From Octopus bimaculoides (taxonomy: Eukaryota), in contig NC_068985.1 in the NCBI RefSeq assembly GCF_001194135.2, positions 48,583,088 through 48,623,161 on the forward strand: a DNA stretch of 40,074 bases. The letters are read 5' to 3'. Numbering within the stretch: the first letter of the stretch is position 1; every line of letters starts with the position of its first letter. A program made the position numbers and the translations under genes. Below the pieces are notes generated by a model. It did not search any database, was not told where the DNA came from, and saw nothing but the letters and a program-made list of their open reading frames with translations. This document shows, in pieces, positions 24,589 through 37,118 of the stretch.

Positions 24589-24975
24589 AGAAACTAGGCT
24601 TCTCAAAACCAGAAAGAAAAAGCTAATTCGAAGACTACAGATTCAATCCATCACTGGAACTGTAAGAATTTGTAACACTTTCCAGAAGTTTATCATTCAA
24701 ATATATATGAGCATGTTTAGATATGCAACTATATGCATGAGAACACATACATAAAACATACAAATCTGCACATACATACATACATACATACAGACAGACA
24801 GACAGACACAAACACACACACACGCACACACACACACACACATACACACACACAAACAAACAAAAATAGCCTGTTGTTGATGTTGAAGTTCCAATGAACT
24901 TGGTTCTAGGTTAGAAACCGGTTCCTTCTCTATTGGCAAGAAATTTTGAAATAAACTGAATAATGACATACATAC
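24589..24975 (+). mobile_element. R4/Dong-like family X copy C (ORF end plus complete 3' UTR; upstream part in gap)
   Basis: KLGFSKPER..LIRRLQIQSITGTV...FQKFII, then a UTR with an internal microsatellite, ending gaataatga-catacatac like the copy at 29688. Confidence 0.92.
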
Positions 24976-25728
24976 TAAGACACATACATGCATATACACA
25001 CACACACATACATACAATCGGTGTTCGTAGTTTTGATAATAAATTCCTACATGATAACCTGAAAAAAACTAGGGTTTTCAGAAAAAAGCCAAGCAGCTAG
25101 CTTACACGTTACTAATACAATATGTAAGTGGAACAGTAAAAATATGCAATCGTTTTCTCAAGATTAACATGTGACTTTGCATTTGTTATCTCTATTCCAA
25201 CGATAGAGCTTTGTATCTTTGTTAGAAACGAGCGATATCCTTACAGGACACATTTAAATACCTTAAATTGGAAGGAAGTATAAATATTACGTAGCATAAC
25301 ATTACATATTTGTATATGATTTAAATACAATCAAGACTATAATATGCCTATCTGTTTGAGAAGAGAGCCGATAAAGTAGTAGGCGTCGTAAGGTTAATAC
25401 AACGTTGATATATACTGAAACCACTGATGCCCCTGGTTCAGCGCAGTGTAAGGAGTAAAAGAAATAAGAAAACATATAACATAATAAAACAATATATTGA
25501 AGTAGCTAATATTTTTCTAAAGACAACCGTTCTGTTAAATAAGTAAATCGACAAAGTATTGTCTCTGAAACATAACAAGGAATACTAAATTTGTTGACAA
25601 TAGATTAGTGATGATAGTAGTCGTTTGTTCTATGAGTTTAATTCAAAACATAGAAAAATTGTGATACTACCAGCGATACATCATCAAGGAAACCGTTAAA
25701 TGTAACAACTGATAAATAATATATGTTC

Positions 25729-25982
25729 TTTGTATTTTGTTAATGCCAAGGGATATACTTTGAATGACAGTGAATAATTTCCCATGACGCACAATATTGA
25801 TGTATAGGAAGTACAAACTCTCTCTCTGCTCTTTTACTTTTTAAACTGTGATAGCTGAAATTTCAGTTTCAAATGTAAGTTTCCAAATAATTAGTAGCGT
25901 GGCCATTGTTCAGGATACGTATGATCTCTACGAGAATGTTTCACAAGAATAATTTATCAACACGATTGTATTGTATTAATGT
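25729..25982 (+). repeat. Direct repeat copy 1 (254 bp, near-identical to 27631-27884)
   Basis: Offset 1902 bp. Two substitutions seen (ctctg/ctctc and tttatc/tttgtc). Confidence 0.95.
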
Positions 25983-26139
25983 AGGTGTGTGTGTGTGTGT
26001 ATGTGTGCGTGTGTGCGCGTGCGAGTGCTTGTATGTGTGTGTGTAAATATATATACTGCATGTTACATCACAAACGCACACACACAAACACGCGCAAACA
26101 CACAAACACACATATATACACAGAGACACAGAGAAATAG

Positions 26140-26153
26140 ATATAGATAGATAC

Positions 26154-26242
<89 letters not shown>

Positions 26243-26245
26243 CAC
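26140..26245. repeat. Compound (GACA)n-(GATA)n microsatellite
   Basis: Directly visible. Confidence 0.95.
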
Positions 26246-27630
26246 AGAGACATACATGCATACATATACAATTAGATTCATATAAACATACTAACATTTA
26301 TATACGTCTTTGTATATGTAAGTATGTATGTGTTTGCGAGTGTGTCTGTATGTTTATTTTGGGTGTGAATATAGTATAAGTCAAAGCGAGTATCTGGACG
26401 CCAATCACACGACAATGCAAATATTAACTGAAGCAACTGTGATAATTAGTTGCAAGAGAATAATCAAGTATGTATTAATTATATTATTTGACTTTATTTC
26501 ATTAAATACACTCATTAAAGGAACATAATTTGTCTCAATGACCTCCTATGAAAGACTCTATCCATGTTAGAATTGAAATTCATCAACTAATGTCACTGAA
26601 ATATCTATTAATTGCAATAATGTTGCAATAATTTGCATAATATCCCCAATCAATATTTACAGAAACAGAAATTGTGTCATTGATATTATTTATTCTTTTA
26701 CTCCTTCACTGGAATTAAACATTGGACTATGGCCATACTGTGGCACCAGTTTGTATTAAAGTTTTACTCATAGACACTGGACGGCAATGTCCCCTCACTA
26801 TTCAATGGTGCATCTTCAGATTTACTCCATTTTGCTCCATTTTAGTATTATTACAAATTAGTACCCATACAGAATATTCTGGAACACCGGCCTGTTTATA
26901 CACGCTGTGTAATAACTTCAAAAGTATTTAACTGGTGCTCGGTCAATCAATAAAATTATTGAATAGTCTATGTTCCCCATACGAAACCAGAAATAATATT
27001 TCTATTTGAAATAACATTTAATTTTTCTTCTGTTCGGTATATAATCCATCTATTCCATTCTGATATATTCGTGATCATGTCCCTTCTGATATACTCCTGA
27101 TCATGTATTCTATCTCATGCATTCAGTCCATCTCTAGTATGCATGTGATTAGCCTTTTTTCTTATACAAGATGTAGAGTATTAATATTTGAGTTTGACTT
27201 ATGCTTCTACTTCCGCCTAAGCCTAAGCTATCTCATCACCACAGAGATGTATAAGCCAATGTTTGAACAGATAAGCGAATGAGTACTAAACGCCTACAGC
27301 TATGTATATTTTGTTAACAAAAGTGATAGTATGCAGCACAACGAAGTAAAGAAATAGTCTCAATTGCACTTTCGGCGCTGTATAAAGTAAGGAATTATTC
27401 TCGACACAGTTGAAGATACGTGAAGACTGACTTTGACTAATAAATACCTATCAAGCATATTCGAGGCACTAACGCTGACGAAATACAAAACAAGGATATG
27501 AAGGCTGACAAAGTGCTGGTTTCTTAATTAGGCAACACGTGCATTGCAGTTTCACCTGATCTATATATACTTTATTTTATCGAAATTAAAATATCAACTG
27601 AAATGACACTAAATCACAATGATATCAACG

Positions 27631-27884
27631 TTTGTATTTTGTTAATGCCAAGGGATATACTTTGAATGACAGTGAATAATTTCCCATGACGCACAATATT
27701 GATGTATAGGAAGTACAAACTCTCTCTCTCCTCTTTTACTTTTTAAACTGTGATAGCTGAAATTTCAGTTTCAAATGTAAGTTTCCAAATAATTAGTAGC
27801 GTGGCCATTGTTCAGGATACGTATGATCTCTACGAGAATGTTTCACAAGAATAATTTGTCAACACGATTGTATTGTATTAATGT
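27631..27884 (+). repeat. Direct repeat copy 2
   Basis: Near-identical to 25729-25982. Similarity resumes briefly at tgcgcgt(a/g)cgagtgcttgt. Confidence 0.95.
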
Positions 27885-27924
27885 GGGTGTGTGGTGGGGG
27901 TGCGCGTACGAGTGCTTGTCTACG

Positions 27925-28760
27925 TTTTTCTGACATTTTCAATTTTCTTGTTTTATTGTAAAATCATCTACCTACAGATTGAAACAAAGGATAACTTGTT
28001 GATAATAAATGCTGTGAGTGTGCTGAATTTTGGATAATATCACCATCTAAACGATCTAACTTTTTCTGGAAAAAGAGTACTTAAATTATCATGCTGGAGC
28101 ATATAACACTTCTGCTTATGGAAGCAGTTACTTTTTCATTGTAATGTTTATATCATCATGTTGCTAGGATTAAACGGTTCCTCTAATAGTATTTCAATGT
28201 TTAAGTAATTCATAATTAACAACACCGTTCGTATTTCAGAAGACACAAAGCAAGAATTTCTGTGTATGAACACTTGGATTTTGGTGCTCACAGTAGTTTC
28301 TCATTTGCTGACCCAGTAAAAACTAAATTCTCTCTCGAATCCTTCACTCCATCGTTGATCCAGAAAGTGTCATGAATGAATCATTGTTTAAAAGAATCTC
28401 GCAGATGCAAAGTTAAATTAAGTTCCCAAATGAGATTTAATAAGATGGCTAAATTCCCTCCTTACACTTTTTACTGATTTGCATGATGTCACCTGGAAAA
28501 TATAACATACATTCAGTTTCTGCCCTAAATCTCAGGTGCTTTTTCGAGGATCTAATCCAAGTATTATTCATAAAAATTGCCCCTCATAGTGACTCCTCTT
28601 CTAGAATGAGCTCTAGTGGAGATATATTAATCGCCATTTTTAAACCGTTAAAAACAAGAAAAGCATTTGCGAGGTTCACTGCATCAAGCTGCACTGCAGA
28701 AATGGTCTCCCTCCCATGTGTAGGTATTTCTCTGTGAAAATTGTTACATAAGCATTGGCG
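27925..28760 (-). mobile_element. Mariner transposon relic 2 (old, decayed transposase)
   Basis: Ordered motifs across frameshifts: RFKNGD, NDSF, PSVHTQKFLLCVF*NTNGVVNYELL, MLQHDN (second catalytic Asp), SYPLFQS. Confidence 0.75.
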
Positions 28761-29582
28761 AATACGTTACTCTTTAATGTATTGATACTCTATGGGTTTA
28801 ATCTTTGTTAAAGACTGTAGTGATACATTTCTGACTAGGAGACATTATAAACAGACCTAGAGGTTATATTACACCATTTAAATGACGTCAAGCCTTGGGT
28901 GAGTAATAATTTACAGCAGTGATATAATTATTTTCCGCGTACCCCAATAATTAACGCACTAAGGCAAGAAATTTCATTAATTACAAATACATTCGTAGCG
29001 GGGAGAAAGAGTTAGCTTAATGATTAATATTAGTCAAGAATGGCTGGGAGGACAACACAAAAATTATATACTCTTTTACTCGTTTCAGCCATGTGGCCGT
29101 GGTCATACTGGAGCACCACCATAATTAAGATTATTTTAAAATCATTTTCAATGCAACAGAATATCTTGGCTCACTACGTTGAATGACTGAAATTACTGAA
29201 AGGAGTGTAATAGAGAAATGAAAATAAAACTTTAAATATTTTTGTTATTTATTGGATGATTATGAAGGTCCACCGTAAACAGGGGTTTCATTAACCGGAC
29301 ACAAAATCTTATGTATGTATAAATTCGTATGTGTCATTTACACTTTGTACTTCATAAAATCGTTTATTATTATTTTTTCACTGGTTTCAGTCATTTGGTT
29401 GAGACCATGCTCGTGCTCAGCCACATATTAACTCCAAGTACTTTAGTATAATATACTACAGCATCTTCATATACTACGAACGACAAAGTGGGCATAGGCG
29501 TTAAAGGTAGATAATTCAGTAAAATACTGATTATTTATCGATCATCCCAAGTTGACAGGTGAACATATATGTGTGTATGTTG

Positions 29583-29650
<68 letters not shown>

Positions 29651-29687
29651 GTATGTATGTATGTATGTATGTATGTATGTATGTATG

Positions 29688-32600
29688 TCATTATTCGAGA
29701 TTTCTTACCCATAGGGAAAGAACCGGATTGTAACCTAGATCCAAGGCTCCATCAACAACAGGGCATTTTTGTTTGTATATATGTATGTATGCATGTATGT
29801 ATGTATGTATGTATGTATGTATGTGTGTGTGTGTGCAGATTTGTTTGTTTTATGTATGTATTCTTATGCATATAGTTCATATGTATTTAAATGATAAACG
29901 TCTGGAAAGTTTTACAGATTTTACAGTTCCAGTGATGGATTGGATCTGTTGTCTTCGAATTAGTTTTCTCTTTTCTGGTTTTGAGAAGCCTAATTCCTCA
30001 AGATTTGTATTTAGGTAGTGTGTTACATATTCCAGGGAACCAATAATTGCAGATATAAACCTGAACTTGTAACTGTAGATTTCTCAATAATTCAGCATAG
30101 GTGTTCTCTTTTTCACTGCTATTGAGCTTTATGTTAACATCTGCTCGACAGCTAATTTCCACAACTGTGCACAGTTTCTTTTCTCTATCCCAAATCATTA
30201 TATCAGGTCTATTCTGCTTTCATTTTATTGGGGTCTTCACTACTACATTCCACCACTATTCCTTTTTATTATGAGTGGCTATGGCTTCTACCATATCGTG
30301 GGTTTTATTTCTTTGTCCTTGGGATTATCCTTCTAACGGATTTCATTATAGTGTCCTAGCTACAACGTCATGTCTCATCGGTAGATAATACCGTGATGAC
30401 ATTTTCGGACAACTGGTTATGGTGTGGGTGAAATCTTGTGGGTGAAATTTTCAGTGTGAACTCCACAAAGTCTGCATCGGTAATCACACGTTACGGGTGT
30501 ACCAGGTACTTTGATATTTCCTGTTACTGGATTGCAAACACCTACCCTTCAAAGTGGGAGGTAGTAATCCGGCTATTCGTCCATGATAAACTGCTCTGAT
30601 GATCGATGTTATTATCATCACGGAGCTTTCTACTAACATCCATGCATAGTCTTCTGCTCATATAGGCTCATCATTTCATCTGACACGTTGCGCTAGAGTC
30701 GTGCGACTGCTTTGGGTTAGCAGACAAAATGTGTTGCTCAAGGAGCTCCCTTCCAAGTCTCATGATGTTATCAGCCTCATGATGTTATCAGCCTCATGAT
30801 GTTATCAGCCTCATGCATGCAATCTTGGTCAAGGGATGCACTTCGACACTTGGTGGTTAAAAGATGTTACCGAAGGGATATGATGCGACATTCAAAGGCA
30901 TTTTTGATTGATGTTGAGCCTCTTCCACCTTGTTTTCGTTTTAGGTAGAGGTGGTCTACATCACTGTTTATGTGGCAATCATGTTCGCTTGTTAATATTT
31001 TTCGGGTTTTCACATCAAGCGGGTTTTCTCATCAAGCGTCCAATCAAGCTGCCTAGACGTTGGTATGAGTACTGGCACTGCAAACACATTGTGAGCCACG
31101 GTTTTATTGAATGCAGAGAATTCTGGGGTCCAAATTGTCCTTATTCGGCGGTAATATTCTTTAGTGACACGTGTTTTGTTACAGGTGCCACTGTAAGACA
31201 TATTTTCATCTACCCCTAGATACCTGTAACATTCATCGTCAGATACAGGGGAAACTGTCAAATTATTGACAGAGATGTCACTAGTGTGGTTTATAGTCCC
31301 CCCCCCCCTTTTTATAACCATATAGCAACATTTATCCTGACCAAACTCCAACCCTACATCTTTTAAGAATGTTGCAACTAGGAAAAGGCTCTTTTTCATC
31401 TCATGCATATTCTTTGCAGAAAGTTTTAAGTCATCCACAGAAAAGCAGCGTGTAATTTTGGTATTTCTGTTTCCTTGTGAAACAGTGAGATACCCATCAA
31501 ATTTCCTTAACATGAATGACAAGGGGTTTATAGAAACTATAAACATCACAGAGGGTGTGTCTCCTCGGAATATGCCTTTGCGATATTGTATTCTATCGGT
31601 GATAATACATTCACTCTTTGTGTTTAATTTCAAGATGGTGGCCCACGATGAAGTCAGGTCAGCTNNNNNNNNNNGTGTTTAATTTCAAGATGGTGGCCCA
31701 CGATGAAGTCAGGTCAGCTGTGGCTTTGACTATTCTCACTGGAACTTTAGCAAGTTGAAGGGCTTCTAGCATCCATGAGTGAGGAACAGAGTCAAAGGAT
31801 TTTTATAATCTAGCCACATTGAAACTAGGTTCCTCCTATACCCTCGCACCTCTACGATCACAGTTTTGTTGATTGACAATTGCTCGGCACATTCCCAGAT
31901 TCCGTTCTTCTCAGCAGCTTATTCTGTTGTGATAATGTTATTGGTTTCACAATGGTGCTGGAGAAAGAGGTTTAAACATGCTGTATATATTTTATACATT
32001 AAGTTCTAGCATACAACTGGCCAGTAGATTTTTTCCATGTGTGTAGTTCTGCATTTGGGAATTAATTTTGTCTCTGCCAGAGCTACTGTTCCCAATAAAA
32101 GCTTGCTGGTACAGATTGATAAGGTATGGTCGGTAGAATGTTAGCTTCTTGTACCAATATCCAACAATCAAGTCTCTTCCAGGTGCTTTTCCATTCTGGA
32201 GTTTCTGGATCACAGTTGCAAGAGTTTCACCATCAATGTTGTATGTCTTGGATGTAACGCAGGAGCAATAACTTTTTCGGATTTCTTCCAGCCAGAGGGC
32301 ATCTTTGTTAAATTCCTTCTCTTCACTCCATATTTTCTTCCAGAAGAAGTCTATGTCTTCTCGTGAAGGCGCTCCTGTGATGTTCACTGATCCTGTCTCT
32401 CATGTCTCTGTATACTGCTGGCCGGTTGCGGTTAATTTTTTTGTTTATTATTCTTCTCTCGGTTATTCTCGTCTGATGTCAGAGTTTTTCACTGACAGCT
32501 TTTAGCTCCTGCTTGAGGGTAATCAGTTTGCAAGTGAGTGTCTCCTTTTTGCTGTCTCCAAACATCATTTTTATCTTCTTTACTTTCTGTTGGTGGGACG

Positions 32601-32993
32601 TATAGTGATTTGCTTGTTTGTATACAATGAGTATCATTACATGACCGATTATCTTCCGTAAACCAATTATCTTTTTCTCTCTCTTCAAAACCCAAGATGG
32701 TGCTTCCTTTATTATTTCGGTTTTGTTTACTTTTGAATATCATTCATTACTGTTTTATAATAGTAGACATCACATATAGACAAGCGTTAATCTGCCAGTA
32801 TGTGGGTTCACCATACTGTTGTAAATACTCATCACCAATTTCGTTAAGAGTTTATAATATCTTATCTGGTGGTTTTTTACTTACCTTAATAGAGAATCCT
32901 CTCGCCTCGAGAGAGTCCTTCAAAGCCAAAGTTATTTTTTGTCTGAAAATTTGACTATGTGCGCATTTTATCGGCATATAATCCTTACTGCTT

Positions 32994-33048
<55 letters not shown>

Positions 33049-33770
33049 AATAACCGTTGCGGTTGTGCCTGCTATTTACCATAGTCGTAGTATGGGGCAA
33101 TGGTCAGTTACTTGAGGCAGTAATGTAGTTTGGCTGGCAGGCACTATGGAATCTGTTGGAACGTTCACGTGGTGGTTTTATAGATTCACGTTTTTGTTTT
33201 TGTTTATAGAGTTGGGAAGAAGGTTATTTTTCGATTTTTAATAAAGTTAGAGTTACTACTTTCTTTCTATGTTCTACAAATGTTGCTCGTTGGCATAGGT
33301 GCTTCGCAGTAAAATGATATAATTCTGGATGCAGATAGTCCGAATATGATTTCAATCGATTCATATAGCCAACAGCGGGGTTTTGTTTCGCTTTTTCATA
33401 GCAGCTAAATAGATCATTGTTCAATTCTTAACTCCAAGAGAAATGGGTTTTTTAGTTACGGTTTCTTCTCTAACTACAGCTAGAAAGAATGTGTTTACCT
33501 ATTGAGCTGTTGTTTTCGTTCTGTTCCTGGATTGTGTTATTGATGTTGTGTCCAGCCATGTTGTTTGTAGCATCTCTCTGTATGGAATATGCAAGCTCCA
33601 GTCGAAAATCACTACGACCGTGAATAAAAGGCTCTCCCAATTAATTCATCTGAAGATTAACCAGTTATTTAACAAGGCTGATAGTTTTGGCTCCAAAGCT
33701 GGAGACAGTATTCTTCGTATGTTTGATAAATAGTCTCCCACGCCAAATACGCGACTTGTCGCTTCGAATG
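29688..33770 (-). mobile_element. Near full-length R4/Dong-like RLE non-LTR retrotransposon, family X copy B (inactivated)
   Basis: Single long decayed ORF: FWKKIWS, KAPGRDLI, WLDYKKSFDSVPH, GIFRGDT, FSVDDLK, YRYLG (ORFs 31992-32387 and 31010-31633), CRLCG knuckle (~30470), RPDIMIWDR...VEISC (RLE, ~30200), ending KFII*. No APE endonuclease. 3' UTR ends in (CATA)n. Confidence 0.95.
32994..33048. repeat. (CTA)~18 microsatellite inside copy B
   Basis: Directly visible. Confidence 0.95.
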
Positions 33771-34354
33771 TTTATATATGTGTGTATGTATGTATGCATA
33801 TATGTATGTAAGTAGGTGTATGATTGAATAACACAATCGCACGGATATATCTACGCCAATATGCTATTTTAATCATTTCTGTGTATGACGAGATTTTTAT
33901 ATCAAGAATAGAGCAAACATACACAAAGGGAATATCTACAATGAAAATGAACTTACTGAAGATAATTCTATAAATGTGTGTTGAAGTAGGTTCTTTCGAT
34001 TTTCTAAGACGAATTCTACTGATTAAAAACATTGATAACAGTATTATAAATTTTCATGCCATAGTCTCAAATGAGTAAATCACATTAGTGAAAAGAGTAA
34101 GGCTGCTTTATTTATTTATTATCTGTAAAATGATGTAAACACGAGATATTGGGAGCCAAAGGACTTAATGTGTTGATCAGAATTTAACAGTGTCATTTAT
34201 TCTATAGTGTGTATACAACTAATTGTTAAGCTTGAACATAGAAACTTTATATGCATAAATGCAGAGACAAATATGCTTTCATGGGTATGTATAAACATAA
34301 ATATATATATATGTAAGTGTGTGTGTGTATGTATATGTATGAAAAAATATATAT

Positions 34355-34382
34355 ATCTATATATATCTATCTATCTATCTAG

Positions 34383-34446
<64 letters not shown>

Positions 34447-34492
34447 ATATCTATCTATCTCTCCATCTATCTATCTATTTATCTATCTATCT
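34355..34492. repeat. (TATC)n microsatellite
   Basis: Directly visible. Confidence 0.95.
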
Positions 34493-36216
34493 TTGTGTGT
34501 ATATATATACACACTTTTGCTTACCTTATAGTAGGATGTATCTAAAATTTTGTACCACTCTTTTACTCTATCTTTTAGTTCTCCTCATAGTTTCTTCTTC
34601 TTTCCTTTTTCTCGCTCCCCCTCTCTCTTTCTCACACACGCATTTCTTGGCCCTGTCTTTCTTTAACTCACACATTTCCTCTTCGCTTATCTCCCCTGTA
34701 CATTTCCCTTCGTCTGTAATGTTTTCCCAATCCTTCAATCCCACTGCCCCTTACCCCTCTCTCATCCTTCTACGTGACCGGTGTCCGGGACAGCCATGAT
34801 CTTTCTTTTTTTGCCTGACTACCAATCGCCAACACTTCTTATGTCCATCTACTATGTTCCTGCCTTTAGGCTTTCACTTCATGCAAGGCAGCCCAACTTG
34901 ATTCGTACTCAGTCGAAAGACACCTGTTGTTATAATCTTGCTGTTTGTATTTGTAATTGTATACCATGTCCTCCGTTTTTTGTCTTTGTCGCCGTAAACA
35001 TTTGCTAGTTTTCTTACAAAGAAATCTAATGCTCTTAGCCTAGACTTTTTGGGAGACAACCAGATCGAACTGTCTCAAGTATAACTGCCTGAAACAGTAA
35101 GGACTTCTGGTAACTTGACTGAGGAAAGAAGGCCACGAATGACCCGACATGTTTAGTCTGTCCTTCTAATTGTTGCTTTTCCTCTCCACCTTTGTATAGT
35201 CTATCTGTCCGAATTTTTTATTGTCCTCTATAATGTTTTATTGTCCTCACATACTACATACATGCATATATACATGCATGCATATGTGCGTATACACTGG
35301 TACATGTTTATAAACATATATAAGCCTCCACACATGTATGCACACTTACATCCGCACACAATTATTCATATACGCCTATATACACACGCAGAATTCTAAA
35401 GATATATTTCTTCCAAAATATAATTCCATAACTTGATTATATATAAAAGACAATATATATATATAAAAGACAAAAAAGCAATCATATATAAAAGACAAAA
35501 ATTGATCATGAAAATTTGACTTATCGAAAACTAAATAGGTATTTTGTAATTTCAGTCTCAAATTACAATTCTATTTGTATTCAGTTCATATGAAAAGTTA
35601 CAATATATTAAATACAGTATATCTATAAGTGTAGCAGCCTGTACCGGGTCGAAAAATTATCGTCTTGCAGTGTCAGTTGGACAACCACATTTCATAACTA
35701 TATGAGAGATGATGACTGTCCCTTCCCAATTGTACATAGGCTGCCAATAACGAATCGCTTGTTATCACCTTAACGAGATATTAATATACGAACCGAAATA
35801 TCTTACATCTGTCTCTATAGCGAACAGCGTAGCTGCACAAACGTCGAGACAGCACATATGCAAGTCTTCGAATAAGGGAATTAATTTACGGGAAGACCCG
35901 TCAGTGCAGTTTGCTGTCAAGATCGTTAGAGATTGCTTTAATGTCTACAATAAAAATATACAGGTAATATTTGTTTACTTACTATGTATCTAAGTTTGTG
36001 TATGCGTGTATTTATGTGAATATGTGAGTGTGTACGCGCGTACGACCGTGGGTGCGTGTGTGCGTTGTGTGTGTGTTTATATTGAATGTACTTACCTATT
36101 ACATTACAGTTTATAGACAAGGTTGGCTATAAATCTAATGTTGGTGTTTACTAAAGTAGTGTCGCTTTGAAGACAAAGGCAAAATTCTACCACGTATTGA
36201 GGAAAAGCGTCGGCCA

Positions 36217-36232
36217 ATTATGACGTCATAAT
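36217..36232. promoter_or_regulatory. 16 bp perfect palindrome containing a CRE (TGACGTCA), overlapping a GGCCAAT box
   Basis: attatgacgtcataat is self-complementary. ggccaat lies at 36212-36218. Sequence match only; no functional evidence. Confidence 0.3.
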
Positions 36233-36825
36233 AGGAGTATATGTCAGAATTTTCAATCGAAAAACGTAATGGAATTAAACTGAGTTAATTTATTATCTCC
36301 CTTTGATTTGTGTTGAAATACTTGTTAAAATATATGGCATGTTTTTACAAAATTTCTTTCACGGAAGATGGAATTTATTGAAATATTCATAATAGTAGTA
36401 ATTCCACATTCATACAGTTTACTACTACATCAGAAATTCGATAAGAAGTTTATTACATTGGACTTGAAAGTTTAAAAGGCGATGTTCAGGATTTCAAATT
36501 TAAAATAAAAGGTGAAGAAATGCCACTAAGCAAGCAATTTGTTCGACGAGCCAACGATCCTGTCAGGTCACTTTTTTAAATAAAAATGTTTTTATCATAG
36601 GCACTAGCGAGGTATTGTTGGGATAGCAGTTGTCTGAAACATTACCATGAAAATTTCAGTTATCCTAGAGATTAGAACTGTATATCTTGTCATTTCAGGT
36701 GTTTCGTATAAATGTATTTGTATTCAGCTGGTATGAACAAGTTCGTGTCTATTAAAATATACGCGTTTGTGCGCGCGTGTGTGTGTGTGCGTGTGGGCGC
36801 GTGTGTACATGATACTGATTCGCTT

Positions 36826-37084
36826 ATGACGACGAGTGTTCCAGTTGATCCGATCAACAGAACAGCCTGCTCAATGAAATTAACTGGCTGAGCACCCCAC
36901 AGACACGCTTACACTCAACTTAGCTCCCAGTGACATTCAGCCTCACACAGAATATGACAAGGCTGATACTCTTTGATATACACGTACAACACATTTTTTT
37001 CAACTGAGTGAACTAAACCGTGAAATAAAGTGTCTTGCGCAAGGACATTCCGCGTCACCGAGAATCGAACTCACAATCTTCACG
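36826..37084 (-). mobile_element. tRNA-derived SINE with CORE-like central motif, A-box end missing
   Basis: Pol III B-box GTTCGATTC (37070-37062) followed by TGTCCTTGCGCAAGACACTTT (37047-37027), which resembles the CORE-SINE motif. Confidence 0.8.
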
Positions 37085-37118
37085 TATAATGTGTGGGATA
37101 ATTCTATAGAAATAGACA

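Noticed and set aside
4585-24626. Long ORFs rich in X, YI, CV, SL or HT repeats
   Set aside because: They are read-through of N-gaps and dinucleotide or tetranucleotide microsatellites, not proteins.
25050-25095. Short stretch resembling the family X LEKLGF codons
   Set aside because: About 30 bp of AT-rich similarity, which is too short to call.
25729-27884. Direct repeats as LTRs of a retrotransposon
   Set aside because: No TG...CA termini, primer-binding site, polypurine tract, target duplication or internal gag/pol.
28483-28737. Plus-strand ORF of 84 aa (likewise 30908-31219, 32697-32954 and 38247-38498)
   Set aside because: Antisense shadows of minus-strand mariner or retrotransposon coding relics.
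28883-28890. Second TGACGTCA site
   Set aside because: An isolated 8-mer is expected by chance in 40 kb.
35119-35160. CUGAGGA followed by CCGACAUGU, hammerhead-like
   Set aside because: GAAA is absent and stem I does not pair; at most a dead relic.
35634-35744. Short inverted pair gcagcctgtac / gtacataggctgc
   Set aside because: Only 11 bp with a bulge; no second copy or target duplication.
36430-36575. Protein-like frame YYIGLESLKGDVQDFKFKIKGEEMPLSK
   Set aside because: In-frame stop upstream, poor splice signals and no recognisable domain.
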